The translations under genes and the position numbers were made by a program. From Clostridium sp. (lineage in GTDB: Bacteria; Bacillota; Clostridia; Lachnospirales; Lachnospiraceae): DNA of 64,000 nucleotides. The notes under the pieces are model-generated. The model was not told where the DNA came from. It made no database searches and saw only the letters and a list, made by a program, of their open reading frames with translations. The DNA lies in contig JAETQD010000010.1 in the NCBI GenBank assembly GCA_021770825.1, positions 62,227-126,226 of the forward strand, given 5' to 3'. Of this stretch, positions 28,699 through 39,201 are shown in pieces. Each line of letters opens with the position of its first letter. The first letter of the stretch is position 1.

Positions 28699-29548
28699 TT
28701 TTATGCCTTCCCTTCCAGAGTTTGAAGCGTCCTCCGTTTACTTCCTCCTTGGATTCCACGGTGAGAGCTGCCCGCAATGCCTCCTGATCGTTCATCCGCA
28801 CCAGCTTTCCGCCCTGTGCCAGGGAAACCCGTCCGGTCTCCTCGGATACCACCACAGTCATGCTGTCTGAGCTTTCGCTGATTCCAAGAGCCGCCCGGTG
28901 TCTGGTTCCCAGGTCTTTACTGATGGTCAGATTGTCAGAAAGGGGCAGATAACAGGTAGCTGCCGTAATTCTGTTTCCGCGGATTACCACAGCACCGTCA
29001 TGAAGAGGCGTATTGTGCTCAAAGATATTGATCAGGAGCTGGCTGGTGACAATTCCGTCCACCGCGATTCCCGTTCTCTCAATTTCCTGAAGGGGCGTCT
29101 CCCTCTCAATGACAATCAGGGCTCCTGTTTTCACCTTTCCCATCTCATAAGCCGCACGGACAATTTCATTGACTGTCTTATCCGTATATCCCTCCGCCCC
29201 GCGGACATCCTCCGTTACGAAAAGATCCGTGAGGATATTTTTGCTTCCAAGCTGTTCCAGGGCTTTCCGCAGCTCCGGCTGGAAAATGATGATAAGGGCA
29301 ATCAAGGCAAGCTGGCCCATATGATTGATCATCCAGGTAATGGTGCTGAGCCGCAGCACAGATGCCATCAGATAAAAGACGATGATCATAAGACCGCCTC
29401 GTAAAAGCATCCAGGCTCTGGTATTCTGCACCCAGGTCAATATTTTATAGATCAGAACGGAGATAATCAGAATTTCAAACAGATTCATCAGCGTAATCTT
29501 CGGAACAAACGCAAACCAGGAATACATGTTTCCGAGAAATTCTGTCAT
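28679..29548 (-). CDS. cdaA: Diadenylate cyclase CdaA (DisA_N/DAC domain)
   Basis: Three N-terminal TM helices and a DAC domain with DGA and RHR motifs (…PLHDGAVVI…GTRHRAALG…). Confidence 0.9.
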   Translation of the reverse strand: MTEFLGNMYSWFAFVPKITLMNLFEILIISVLIYKILTWVQNTRAWMLLRGGLMIIVFYLMASVLRLSTITWMINHMGQLALIALIIIFQPELRKALEQLGSKNILTDLFVTEDVRGAEGYTDKTVNEIVRAAYEMGKVKTGALIVIERETPLQEIERTGIAVDGIVTSQLLINIFEHNTPLHDGAVVIRGNRITAATCYLPLSDNLTISKDLGTRHRAALGISESSDSMTVVVSEETGRVSLAQGGKLVRMNDQEALRAALTVESKEEVNGGRFKLWKGRHKNERKTE

Positions 29549-29577
29549 ATCTTCACCCCCATTCTCTTTTTTATGTT

Positions 29578-30531
29578 TTAATTATTTCTTTCATGCTTTG
29601 TGGATTTTCTGGAATAAATCCGGTGTACCTTCACATCCGGAGCGGAGACGGCAATTTTGGGAACCGCCTTCACATAATAGTAATACTCATCATCCTCATA
29701 CTGAAGGTACTCAGTCCTTGTGTAATCCACCGCAAACACGAAGAACTGATAAATTAACGCCAGAATCACCGACACCAGGATTCCCAGGACCATGGGGCCC
29801 ACGGAAACCGGAAGATTAAAGTTGAAATCTCCGATGAAGATTACCACAAGCTGCGTAATCACTCCGGCGATGATGGCGATGGACCAGGCATAGTCCACCG
29901 ACATGTTTTTGATGATGAACACCACCAGAATGGCGGCTGCAAAGGCTGCCACCATGACCCACATCAGCTCATTTCCAAATACATTTTTCACGATCTGGAT
30001 AAACCGGTCGGCCATCTCCGACATGGAGCTTCCCGCGAGAAGTCCTGCATTCTGCTTTAAGTACATCAGGATGTAATAAATACAGACGCCGCAGCTCACC
30101 GGAACCACAGACACCAGACTCCCGGAAAGGCCCACAAGAAGCGGCACCACATAGGGAATCTTAAGGAAAAACATCATCGGGGTCAATAACAGCAGATATC
30201 CGTCTCCCGGACGGAAGCCGTAATATAACATCATCACTACCAGCATGAATACCAGGATGATCAATGCAATCTCCAGAGATACCTGTGACACATGGGCCAG
30301 GATAAAACAGCCCGCCAAAAAGGCTGTCACTCCATAGGGCACAAAGGAAGCCACCAGCCCCATGACCAGAGGAATCAGAGGATTCTTGAGTCTTGTCATG
30401 AAACCAACGTTTGTGTTAATCAGGTAAAAGGCCGTCGCTCCCACCAGAAACTTTACAAGGGGAGTGATGTACATGTTGTATTTTCCGTAAAATTGTTTCA
30501 GTTTTTCTTTAAAGACCAAAAGCCCCATCAT
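29578..30531 (-). CDS. Polytopic membrane protein of unknown function
   Basis: 317 aa and strongly hydrophobic. Sits upstream of cdaA on the same strand. Confidence 0.4.
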   Translation of the reverse strand: MMGLLVFKEKLKQFYGKYNMYITPLVKFLVGATAFYLINTNVGFMTRLKNPLIPLVMGLVASFVPYGVTAFLAGCFILAHVSQVSLEIALIILVFMLVVMMLYYGFRPGDGYLLLLTPMMFFLKIPYVVPLLVGLSGSLVSVVPVSCGVCIYYILMYLKQNAGLLAGSSMSEMADRFIQIVKNVFGNELMWVMVAAFAAAILVVFIIKNMSVDYAWSIAIIAGVITQLVVIFIGDFNFNLPVSVGPMVLGILVSVILALIYQFFVFAVDYTRTEYLQYEDDEYYYYVKAVPKIAVSAPDVKVHRIYSRKSTKHERNN

Positions 30532-30953
30532 AGATGCCGTTCCTCCTCGCTTTCCTTCTGGCCGGACTGGGATTCATATTTTTTCTCCAGCCGGCGCAGC
30601 TTTGCCTGATAGATTTTCATGCTCTTACTGGCCCGATCATACCGTCTGGAATATACCCAGTACGTCAGTAACAGATAAACCAGAAGTCCTGCTGCGTAAA
30701 AGATCCCGATATGCTTTGCCGATTCCAGAAGTATGGAAAACTCCATGGTATTCAGCAGGTCCTCCAACTGGTAGAGCACCCACAAAGCCAGACATACGGC
30801 ACAGGCAAAGGTATAGGTCAGAAAGGAACGGATCAGATGGCTTCCAATGTAATCGCTCTTAAAATAGCGGCTTGCAGGAAGAATTTCCTTTTTGGCCTTC
30901 TTTTCAAACATGGCGATTCCCGTCATCAGCCTGATTTTTTCCTCATTCAGCAT
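30528..30953 (-). CDS. Small membrane protein of unknown function
   Basis: Start MLNEEKIRLM, two predicted TM helices. The 4-nt overlap with the downstream gene suggests translational coupling. Confidence 0.35.
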   Translation of the reverse strand: MLNEEKIRLMTGIAMFEKKAKKEILPASRYFKSDYIGSHLIRSFLTYTFACAVCLALWVLYQLEDLLNTMEFSILLESAKHIGIFYAAGLLVYLLLTYWVYSRRYDRASKSMKIYQAKLRRLEKKYESQSGQKESEEERHL

Positions 30954-31054
30954 AGCTTTCTCCTTATTTTGTCTGCCACTAATATAACACACTTTCCCAT
31001 CCTTGGCGAGTTGATTACCGGCATTTTATGGAAATGTTAAGGAAATTGAAACAA

Positions 31055-32554
31055 TTAACCGCCGATATGGGTGATGAAACGGCCAAATGCCTCTCTTCCC
31101 TCTTCGGTTCTCTTATAAACTCCGGCATCCTCAAGGACCTGGGCGAACACATGGCCCACTTCTGCCTGCAGAATATCCATGATATTCTCTTTTGTCACAG
31201 ACTCATACTTTGGAAGGAACTCCTCCACCCAGTCTGCATGCTTTTCGATGGACGCTTCGCTGCGGATATCCTTACCTTCTATAATATAGGATGCCAGAAG
31301 TGACAGCTCCTCTTTCAGTCTCGCCGGAAGCACTGCAAGGCCCATGACCTCGATGAGGCCGATGTTCTCTTTCTTGATATGATGCAGCTTCTGGTGGGGA
31401 TGGTAAACGCCCAGAGGATGTTCTTCTGTGGTAATATTGTTTCTGAGAACCAGGTCCAGCTCATAGGCATCGCCGCGCTTTCTGGCAATGGGAGTGATGG
31501 TGTTGTGAGGCTCTCCATCGGTTTCTGCAAAGATGAAGGCTGCTTCATCGGTGTAGCTTCTCCATGCCTTTAAGATCTTATCGCCCAGCTCGATGATTCT
31601 TTCGATGTCTTTGCCGCTCAAACGAATGACAGACATGGGCCACTTGACGATTCCTGCATTCACATCCTCAAAGCCCTCCACAGTGAAGGATTTCTCCACC
31701 GGAGCCTTTGCCATGGCAAACTCATAATGACCGCCCTGGAAATGGTCATGGGTTAAAATGGAACCGCCGACGATGGGCAGGTCCGCATTGGAACCCAGGA
31801 AATAGTGAGGGAAGGTCTTGACGAAATCGAACAGCTTCACAAAGGTGCTCCTGTCAATTTTCATCGGCGTATGGGCCCCGTTGAACACGATGCAGTGCTC
31901 GTTATAGTACACATAGGGGGAATACTGGAATCCGAATTCCTCTTGGTTCATTGTGAGCGGGATAATTCTGTGATTGTCTCTGGCCGGATGATTGACACGG
32001 CCTGCATAGCCCACGTTTTCCATACAGAGAAGACATTTGGGATATCCGCTCTGCTTGGCAAGCTTTGCGGCTGCAATGGCCTTCGGATCCTTCTCCGGCT
32101 TGGATAAGTTCACCGTCACATCCAGAGCGCCGTACTCGGTCTTTGCAATCCATTTCATGTCCTTGCAGACACGGTATCTTCTGATATAGTCGGAATCCTG
32201 GCTCAGCTTGTAAAAATACGCCGTGGCCGCTTCGGGGGATTCCTCATACAGGTTTTTAAAGGTTTTTATCACTTCACTGGGACGCGGCATCAGGCAGTTC
32301 ATCAGCTTGGTGTCAAATAAATCTCTATATACAACGCTGTTGTTTTCGAGGATTCCGTTCTCCGCTGCGTAATCCAAAAGTTCCTTTAATGTTTCCTCCA
32401 GGGAAATTTCTCCCGCAGCCTCACAAGGCTCCTCGTATTCACTAAGTCCCAGCTCCCGTAAGATCTGGTTTCTCGCATACAGCTCGTCTTCCTTTTCAAT
32501 TAAGCCCGCGTTCAGGCCGTACTGCACTAAATTCCGGATTGCTTTATAAATCAT
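31055..32554 (-). CDS. galT: UDP-glucose--hexose-1-phosphate uridylyltransferase, Firmicutes-type GalT
   Basis: About 500 aa. N-terminus MIYKAIRNLVQYGLNAGLIEKEDELYARNQILRELGL matches family-2 GalT (…DELYHRNQLL…). Confidence 0.8.
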   Translation of the reverse strand: MIYKAIRNLVQYGLNAGLIEKEDELYARNQILRELGLSEYEEPCEAAGEISLEETLKELLDYAAENGILENNSVVYRDLFDTKLMNCLMPRPSEVIKTFKNLYEESPEAATAYFYKLSQDSDYIRRYRVCKDMKWIAKTEYGALDVTVNLSKPEKDPKAIAAAKLAKQSGYPKCLLCMENVGYAGRVNHPARDNHRIIPLTMNQEEFGFQYSPYVYYNEHCIVFNGAHTPMKIDRSTFVKLFDFVKTFPHYFLGSNADLPIVGGSILTHDHFQGGHYEFAMAKAPVEKSFTVEGFEDVNAGIVKWPMSVIRLSGKDIERIIELGDKILKAWRSYTDEAAFIFAETDGEPHNTITPIARKRGDAYELDLVLRNNITTEEHPLGVYHPHQKLHHIKKENIGLIEVMGLAVLPARLKEELSLLASYIIEGKDIRSEASIEKHADWVEEFLPKYESVTKENIMDILQAEVGHVFAQVLEDAGVYKRTEEGREAFGRFITHIGG

Positions 32555-32621
32555 ACTGTTACCCTCCCAATAAAAACTTTCATTGTTTATTATAATAAAA
32601 ATGTGCTGACAATACAATCGT

Positions 32622-33137
32622 TTAATTCAGGTTTTTTACGAATTTTCCCAGCCGCTCAGTCAGAATTCCGCCCAGAATTCCGATCACGGTTCCGGCCGCG
32701 CACCCTGCCGCAAGAAGCGCCGGAAGATAGTAATAAAGTCCCGGTGTCTCCACAATGACAGCCGCAAAGGTGATCTGCCCGATGTTATGGAAAACGCCTC
32801 CCAAAATGCTGATTCCCACCTGGGAAAACAGGCGGTATTTTTTCGCAGCCGCCATCACAAAGAGACTTAAAAAACTTCCGGAAAGCCCGTATACCATGCT
32901 GTACGGATTTCCAAAGGTGAGCCCCACAAGTACCACCCTTAAAAGAGTCACGCAGATGGTTCCGGGAATTCCCACCAGATAGAGTCCCGTGATCGTCACC
33001 AGGTTGGCAAGTCCCACCTTCACACCGGGGACCGGGATGGGGAGGGGAATCAGGGATTCCACAAAGCTCATCACCATGGCCAGTGCAATTAAGATTCCGT
33101 ATAGGGCTGTCTGTTTTGCCAAATTTTTTCCTTTCAT
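32622..33137 (-). CDS. Gx transporter family protein (heptaprenyl diphosphate synthase component I-like, PF07456)
   Basis: 171 aa with four TM segments, Gly-rich. Commonly found next to ApbE. Confidence 0.55.
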   Translation of the reverse strand: MKGKNLAKQTALYGILIALAMVMSFVESLIPLPIPVPGVKVGLANLVTITGLYLVGIPGTICVTLLRVVLVGLTFGNPYSMVYGLSGSFLSLFVMAAAKKYRLFSQVGISILGGVFHNIGQITFAAVIVETPGLYYYLPALLAAGCAAGTVIGILGGILTERLGKFVKNLN

Positions 33138-33229
33138 GCTCGTTCCTTTCCTCTTCTTCCCTTTTCTTGACTTTAAAGACCCTGTTTGCTAGAATGGGAC
33201 CAGTAAATCCATAGAAAGACTGGTACATC

Positions 33230-34249
33230 ATGAAAAAACAAACCTGGATTAGCCTGTGCACTGCGGGAGCCTTATTGTTAGCCGGCATGTCTGTCCTCGG
33301 CACCTCCCGCATCAAGGAAAACTCCACAGAGCCCATTCACAAAAGCAGCTTTCTTTTAAACACCTTTGTGGACGTGACCCTCTATGACACCGATGACACT
33401 GCTATTTTAGACCATGCCCTGGACATTTGTAAAGACTATGAGGCCCGTTTCAGCAGGACCATGGAAACCAGCGAAATTTATAAGCTGAACCACCGGGGCC
33501 CCGATGAGACCACCTTCACCCTGTCGGAGGAGACGGCTGACCTGCTTTCTGAAGCCCTTCGCTATTGTGAGCTTTCAGACGGTGCCTTCGATATCACCAT
33601 AGAGCCCTTAAGCTCCCTGTGGGATTTTTCCGGCGGCAAAAATGAAATCCCCCGGCCGGAGGCAATTGCCCGGGCCGTCCAAAAGGTGGGATATGAAAAT
33701 CTCCGGCTGGAGGGAAATACCCTGACCTTCTTATCACCTGACACCACCCTGGATCTGGGCTCCATCGCCAAGGGCTACATTGCGGACAGAATCAAGGATT
33801 ACCTGGTGGAAGCCGGAGTCAAAAGCGCCATCATCAATCTCGGAGGCAATGTGCTGTGTGTGGGCGGGCGCCCCGATGGCTCTCCCTTCCAGATCGGACT
33901 CCAGAAGCCCTTTGCAGAGCGCCAGGAAACGGCGCAAATCCTGGCGGTGACCGACTTATCCGTGGTTACTTCCGGTGTTTACGAAAGGCATTTTATCATA
34001 GACGGAAAAAATTATCACCATCTTTTAAATCCCGAAACGGGATACCCCTATGAAAACGGCCTGATTTCCGTCACCATCCTGTCTTCTTCCTCCTCCCAGG
34101 GCGACGGCCTTTCCACCGCCTGCTTTTCTCTGGGATTAGAGCGGGGAATGGAGCTAATTAATTCCATGGACGGCGTTTACGCCTGCTTCATTGATGAGGA
34201 TTACAACTTCTACTATTCCGATGGAATGGAAGATTTTATCAAAAAATAA
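33230..34249 (+). CDS. apbE: FAD:protein FMN transferase (ApbE family lipoprotein)
   Basis: Lipoprotein signal MKKQTWISLCTAGALLLAGMS. ApbE core (…DLGSIAKGY…). Confidence 0.85.
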   Translation: MKKQTWISLCTAGALLLAGMSVLGTSRIKENSTEPIHKSSFLLNTFVDVTLYDTDDTAILDHALDICKDYEARFSRTMETSEIYKLNHRGPDETTFTLSEETADLLSEALRYCELSDGAFDITIEPLSSLWDFSGGKNEIPRPEAIARAVQKVGYENLRLEGNTLTFLSPDTTLDLGSIAKGYIADRIKDYLVEAGVKSAIINLGGNVLCVGGRPDGSPFQIGLQKPFAERQETAQILAVTDLSVVTSGVYERHFIIDGKNYHHLLNPETGYPYENGLISVTILSSSSSQGDGLSTACFSLGLERGMELINSMDGVYACFIDEDYNFYYSDGMEDFIKK

Positions 34250-34254
34250 CCCGC

Positions 34255-34300
34255 CAGTCATATCCATTTTCGGATATGTCCGGCGGGTTTATCCGCTTTT
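34255..34300. terminator. Composite hairpin terminator between convergent apbE and the HD gene
   Basis: Nested inverted repeats cccgccag / catatcc...ggatatg / ccggcggg followed by TTTATCCGCTTTT. Confidence 0.4.
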
Positions 34301-34305
34301 ATGAC

Positions 34306-34908
34306 TTATACGCTGAGTCCCATGGCTTCCATTTCTTCGCCTATGGAATCCTCGCAGGAACGCATGGCGAGAATGGTCATTTCCATTAACTTCGGAAGTT
34401 CCCATCCCAGCTTTTCAGCGCCCAGAGTGATAATGTCTCTGGAACATCCTGCGGCAAACCGCTTATCCTTGAATTTCTTTTTAAGGCTGGATACCTCCAT
34501 GTCCTTGGTGCTCTTGGACGGACGCATCTTGGCTGCCGCCCAGATTAAGCCTGTCAGCTCGTCTGCCGCATAGAGGACCTTTTCCATCTCATGATCGGGG
34601 CTTGCGGTCACGGCCTCATGGTGTCCGTAGCCATGGCTGCACACCGCATGAATCACTTCCTCCTCGGCTCCGCCTTCCTTTAACAGTCTCGGAGCCACCA
34701 GGCAGTGCTCATCGGGATATTCCTCAAAGTCGATATCATGAAGAATTCCGCAGATTTCCCAGAAGTCTGCTTCCTCTCCGTATCCCAGCTCGTTGGCGTA
34801 CCACTTCAATACGCCGCCCACGGTCAATCCGTGGAGCACATGGAACGGTTCCTTATTATGTTCTCTTAAAAGCGCAATGGCTTTTTCTCTTGTAAGTGCT
34901 GTCTGCAT
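34306..34908 (-). CDS. HD domain (HDIG) phosphohydrolase
   Basis: HGLTVGG…ILHDID…H..H motifs in a 200-aa protein. Confidence 0.75.
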   Translation of the reverse strand: MQTALTREKAIALLREHNKEPFHVLHGLTVGGVLKWYANELGYGEEADFWEICGILHDIDFEEYPDEHCLVAPRLLKEGGAEEEVIHAVCSHGYGHHEAVTASPDHEMEKVLYAADELTGLIWAAAKMRPSKSTKDMEVSSLKKKFKDKRFAAGCSRDIITLGAEKLGWELPKLMEMTILAMRSCEDSIGEEMEAMGLSV

Positions 34909-34935
34909 GTCACATACCTCCTCGTTTGTTTCAGC

Positions 34936-36174
34936 CTATTCTGGATTATAGCAGAAGAGAAACCTGTTTAAAAGAGTTTTTGCACAAAAATCCAGATTCC
35001 ATTTTCGGACCCGCCTGGTGGTTTTTATGGGGAAGCTGGCGATCAAGTCGTCTCCCACATAGTAGTCCACCTGTCCTGCCGCCATGCCGGGCTCCACCGG
35101 AGCTTTCAGAGTCTTAGCCACCTTCTTTTTTATGGTCACGGGATCGTCCTTCTTCATCAGGACCTTCAAAGACAGCTCGTCGGGGTACTCCACCAAAAGT
35201 CCCGTATCCGCCTCAATCCCATCGGTTACGGGAATATCCGGGAACTCGATCCTTTCTTTCAGAATCTCATAATAGTCAAAGGTTTCGTTTCCGTAGGAAA
35301 TTAACTTCCTCATGTCCTGCCACTTATAAGTCTTATGGGGCGGCCAGCCGCATCCCAAAAGAGCAGCGATGAAGGTCTTTTCCCCTTTCTGCACGGCTCC
35401 CACATAGCAGTATCCGGCTCCGTTGGTGAATCCCGTCTTACCGGACACTGCCCCCTCCATGGTGGTCAGCAGGGCGTTGTGGTTGATGCAGGAAAAGGAG
35501 CGGGTTCCCTCTGCATTGGAGAACGCATGGGACGGGGCTCTGGTGATTTCTAAAAATTCTTCCTTTTGGGGGGACAAAAACAGGCAGTACCGCATGATCA
35601 GAGCCAGTTCCTTTGCCGTGGTGGAGTGGATTTTTTCTCCGCCCTCCTCCTTCGCATCCAGGCCGTTGGGGGTGATAAAGCAGGTGTTGGTACATCCGAT
35701 ATCCCTGGCCTTCTGGTTCATCATGTCTGCAAAGGCCTCCCTGGATCCCGCCACATGCTCGGCGATGGCCACGGCCGAATCGTTGTGGGACTCTAACATC
35801 AGGGAATACAGAAGGTCCTTTAACCGATAGGTCTCCCCCTCCCGGATGCCAAGCTGCACATCGGGCATGGATGCTGCATAGGAAGATACGGAAACGATGT
35901 CCTCCGGCGAGGCGTATTCCAGAGCCAGAATGCAGGTCATGATTTTCGTGGTGCTGGCCATGGGATGAATCTGGTCCTCGTTTTTCCCCAGAAGGACTCT
36001 TCCGCTTTCCCCGTCCATAAGTACCGCCGCCTGGGCCATGAGATTTGGCTCCTCAGAAGCTGTCCCAGCCCATGAAACCATGATCTGCCCCAGTACCATC
36101 CACACGCTTAAAACTGCCGCCCTCCAGATCATTTTTCTTCTATTTCCTGTTCCCATCCTGAAACTTCCGCACAC
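34936..36174 (-). CDS. D-alanyl-D-alanine carboxypeptidase (serine-type; DacB/DacF-like PBP5)
   Basis: SxxK (ASTTKIM), SxN (ESHNDSA) and KTG (SGKTGFT) motifs. Signal peptide. C-terminal PBP5_C domain. Confidence 0.85.
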   Translation of the reverse strand: MCGSFRMGTGNRRKMIWRAAVLSVWMVLGQIMVSWAGTASEEPNLMAQAAVLMDGESGRVLLGKNEDQIHPMASTTKIMTCILALEYASPEDIVSVSSYAASMPDVQLGIREGETYRLKDLLYSLMLESHNDSAVAIAEHVAGSREAFADMMNQKARDIGCTNTCFITPNGLDAKEEGGEKIHSTTAKELALIMRYCLFLSPQKEEFLEITRAPSHAFSNAEGTRSFSCINHNALLTTMEGAVSGKTGFTNGAGYCYVGAVQKGEKTFIAALLGCGWPPHKTYKWQDMRKLISYGNETFDYYEILKERIEFPDIPVTDGIEADTGLLVEYPDELSLKVLMKKDDPVTIKKKVAKTLKAPVEPGMAAGQVDYYVGDDLIASFPIKTTRRVRKWNLDFCAKTLLNRFLFCYNPE

Positions 36175-36245
36175 ATTTTGTTACAAATATATGCGGTTTC
36201 GTTTCTTTCTTGCCAGCTTTCTGAACCTGTGGTAAAATTCCCTCT

Positions 36246-37187
36246 ATGAAAACCACATTTACTTATCTTGTCAATCAAACGGAACACGGTATGACTATCT
36301 CCCGTTTTCTCCTGTCCCATGGATATTCCAGCCGCCTGGTGGTTCATCTTCGGAATACGCCCGGAAGCTTTTATGTGGGAACGGTTTTGGTCTTTTCCAA
36401 CCACTGCCTGCGGGAGGGCGATCTTTTAACGGTCCATCTTGTGGAGAAAAAAGGCTCTGAGGCCATTGCCCCGGTTCCCATGGAGCTTTCCATCATTTAT
36501 GAGGATGAACACCTGATGGTGGTCCATAAGCCTGCGGGAATGCCGGTCCATCCCTCCCAGGGCAATTACGGCAATACCCTTTCCAACGGCATCGCCTGGT
36601 ACTTTAAGGAAAAGGGCCAGGACTTTGTATTCCGGGCGGTCAACCGTCTGGACCGGGATACCTCCGGTCTTCTTCTGGTGGCCAAGCATATGTTGAGCTC
36701 CTGCATCCTCTCTGGGCAGGTGATGCACCATGAAATCCACCGGGAATATGCCGCCATCGTCTCCGGAAAAACGGAGCCCTCCGGCACCGTCTCCGTCCCC
36801 ATTGGGAGAAAGCCAGGCTCTGCCATTGAGCGGATCCCTGACCCCCACGGAGACCCGGCCGTGACCCATTATAAGACACTTTCCTACAATAAAGACACGG
36901 ACCTTTCGTTCCTTCGCCTGCTCCTTGAGACAGGGAGGACCCACCAGATCCGTGTCCATATGAATTATATCGGCCATCCCCTCCCCGGGGATTTCCTCTA
37001 CCATCCCGACTATCGTTTCATCAGCCGCCAGCCGCTCCATTCCGCTTACCTTTGTTTCGTTCATCCGATCACCAAAGAAACCATGGAATTTGAAGCACCC
37101 CTGCCGGAGGATATGAAACGGCTGTTTCCGGAGCTTAAAACCTCCGGTCCATGTTTTCCCTATGGTCTTCGCAGTCCCTTGGGGTAG
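36246..37187 (+). CDS. RluA-family pseudouridine synthase
   Basis: NRLDRDTSGLLLVAKH catalytic Asp motif. Length 313 aa. Confidence 0.85.
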   Translation: MKTTFTYLVNQTEHGMTISRFLLSHGYSSRLVVHLRNTPGSFYVGTVLVFSNHCLREGDLLTVHLVEKKGSEAIAPVPMELSIIYEDEHLMVVHKPAGMPVHPSQGNYGNTLSNGIAWYFKEKGQDFVFRAVNRLDRDTSGLLLVAKHMLSSCILSGQVMHHEIHREYAAIVSGKTEPSGTVSVPIGRKPGSAIERIPDPHGDPAVTHYKTLSYNKDTDLSFLRLLLETGRTHQIRVHMNYIGHPLPGDFLYHPDYRFISRQPLHSAYLCFVHPITKETMEFEAPLPEDMKRLFPELKTSGPCFPYGLRSPLG

Positions 37188-38593
37188 TGGTTCTTTAAGG
37201 TTCCCCGGTCAGCCTTTCCAAAGCCCAGGGAATATCCGCCACAGGTCACTAAAACCCACCCCTTTAAGGTTTCCTCACAGGGAAGGGATTCTCCCCGTAA
37301 ATATTTTTCCGCCAGCTCCCCGGTTCCGATTTCCACCGTCCTGAGGGCCTGGTCTTTCTTTAAAAACAGCGCCAGCGCATGGGACGGCTCCATCCGTCCC
37401 TTTTTTACGGTTCCCAGATGAAGTCCGGCCCGCAGTACCTTAAGGCCGGAAAGGTCCGGCATTTCCTCCGGAATCAGATACAGGTTGTCGCCAAAGGTCA
37501 CAAACCGTCTGCCCTCTGTGATACCCTCTGCGTGGAGCAGGTTTTCTTCAAAAAAACTGTGAAATTCTTCCAGTCCCACAGGTTTTCGTTTCCCTTTTCC
37601 CTTTTCTCTGGTTTTCTCCCGGCTTTTTTCTTCTTCCGGGCATCCGTTCTTCACAAAAAGGGCCATGAAATGGCCTTCTCCCCTGGTACGGTGGGGCCAT
37701 ACCCTGACGGTCTTTTTCACCTCTTCTTCCCCTCCGGCCCATTCCGGTCTTCCCTCGGAAAAGAATTGGGCGCACGCTGTATGTTCCAGATGAAATTCCG
37801 GGTGCCTCTTTAAAAACCGCACGGCAGTCCCCTCATTTTCCTCCGGGGAAAAGGTGCAGGTGGAATACACCATGCGCCCGCCGGACTTCACCATGGCCGC
37901 AGCACAGTCTAAAATTTCATCTTGTCTGCGGGCACAGAGGGTCACATGGTCCGGGCTCCACTCCTCTCTGGCATTTTCGTCCTTCCGGAACATTCCTTCC
38001 CCGGAACAGGGCGCATCCACCACAATTCCGTCAAAAAAGCCGGAAAACACAGGCACCAGCCCGGCCGGTTCCATGTTGGTCACCACCGCATTTCCGATTC
38101 CCATGCGTTCCACATTCTGGGAGAGGATTTTTGCCCTGGCCGGATGGATTTCATTGCAGACTAAAAGGCCTTTCTGCCCCATTTTCCCGGCCAGATGAGT
38201 GCTTTTACCGCCGGGAGCCGCACAGAGATCGAGAATTTTCTCTCCCGGCTTTGGTTTTAAAGCCTCCGCACAGATCTGGGCGCTGGGTTCCTGAATATAG
38301 TAAAGTCCTGCCTCATGAAAAGGATGTTTTCCCGGCCGCATGGCCTCCTCATAATAGTATCCCTCTTCGCTCCAGGGGATGTTCTCAAGACCTCTTAAAA
38401 ACTCCGGCAGCTCTCCTGATATCTTTAACGGATTGATTCTCAATCCAAAAGACCGCTCCCTGTCATAACTTTCAAAAAACTCTGCCGCTTCTTCGCCCAG
38501 AAGTCCCTGCATTTTTTCCACAAACGCTTCCGGCAGCCCTTTCATGTCTGTATTTTCCTTGTTTTTCATTGTATCGTTTCCTGCCTTTCGCAC
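37160..38593 (-). CDS. RsmB/RsmF-family rRNA cytosine-C5 methyltransferase
   Basis: SAM-binding motif LDLCAAPGGKS. Catalytic DAPCSGEG. C-terminal RsmF-type extension. Confidence 0.8.
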   Translation of the reverse strand: MRKAGNDTMKNKENTDMKGLPEAFVEKMQGLLGEEAAEFFESYDRERSFGLRINPLKISGELPEFLRGLENIPWSEEGYYYEEAMRPGKHPFHEAGLYYIQEPSAQICAEALKPKPGEKILDLCAAPGGKSTHLAGKMGQKGLLVCNEIHPARAKILSQNVERMGIGNAVVTNMEPAGLVPVFSGFFDGIVVDAPCSGEGMFRKDENAREEWSPDHVTLCARRQDEILDCAAAMVKSGGRMVYSTCTFSPEENEGTAVRFLKRHPEFHLEHTACAQFFSEGRPEWAGGEEEVKKTVRVWPHRTRGEGHFMALFVKNGCPEEEKSREKTREKGKGKRKPVGLEEFHSFFEENLLHAEGITEGRRFVTFGDNLYLIPEEMPDLSGLKVLRAGLHLGTVKKGRMEPSHALALFLKKDQALRTVEIGTGELAEKYLRGESLPCEETLKGWVLVTCGGYSLGFGKADRGTLKNHYPKGLRRP

Positions 38594-38616
38594 ACCATAA
38601 CACCAGGAGGCGACAT

Positions 38617-39201
38617 ATGATTACACTATTTTCCTGGTTTCTCATCCCCTGTGTCACCTTTTTTGCGGCAGGCGGCACAGGCTATCTCACATCCAATTTT
38701 TCCGTGACGGCCAGCCTGGCTCCGGGAAGCTGTCTGCTGCTCGCATGGGCCGCCCTGACCGGGGGATTTTTCCATTTTCTCATAAAGCGCATCATCGGCC
38801 AGGCCAGTTTCTTTCTTTCCGTTGGAAAGGAACCGCGCCTGACCGATCTTGCCGTATTTCTTTTAATGTTCTCTGTTTTGCTTCCCTACACTCCGGAAAA
38901 GCGTCCCGGCATTTCAGCCCTTCATGTGATGTCTGCGTTCACAGCCACCGTACTCTTTTATGTGGTCATCACCATGCTGGACTTAAAGCTCTATTTTCAA
39001 TACCCGGACCATTTTTCTTTCTTAACCGGGCTTTTGGTCCTTGCCATCGCCGGGACCTTCAGTCTCCTGATCCTGGCAGATTTTCTCATTTCCAGCGCCC
39101 TGGAAATCTTTCTAACGGTTTTTGCAAGTCTCTGGCTGGATACATTTTATAAAAAGGTATTGCGCCTTTCCAAGAAACTATCGGCCAAAGAGGGTATCTA
39201 A
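38617..39201 (+). CDS. Hypothetical membrane protein (194 aa)
   Basis: AGGAGG before ATGATTACAC. Six hydrophobic segments. Confidence 0.4.
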   Translation: MITLFSWFLIPCVTFFAAGGTGYLTSNFSVTASLAPGSCLLLAWAALTGGFFHFLIKRIIGQASFFLSVGKEPRLTDLAVFLLMFSVLLPYTPEKRPGISALHVMSAFTATVLFYVVITMLDLKLYFQYPDHFSFLTGLLVLAIAGTFSLLILADFLISSALEIFLTVFASLWLDTFYKKVLRLSKKLSAKEGI

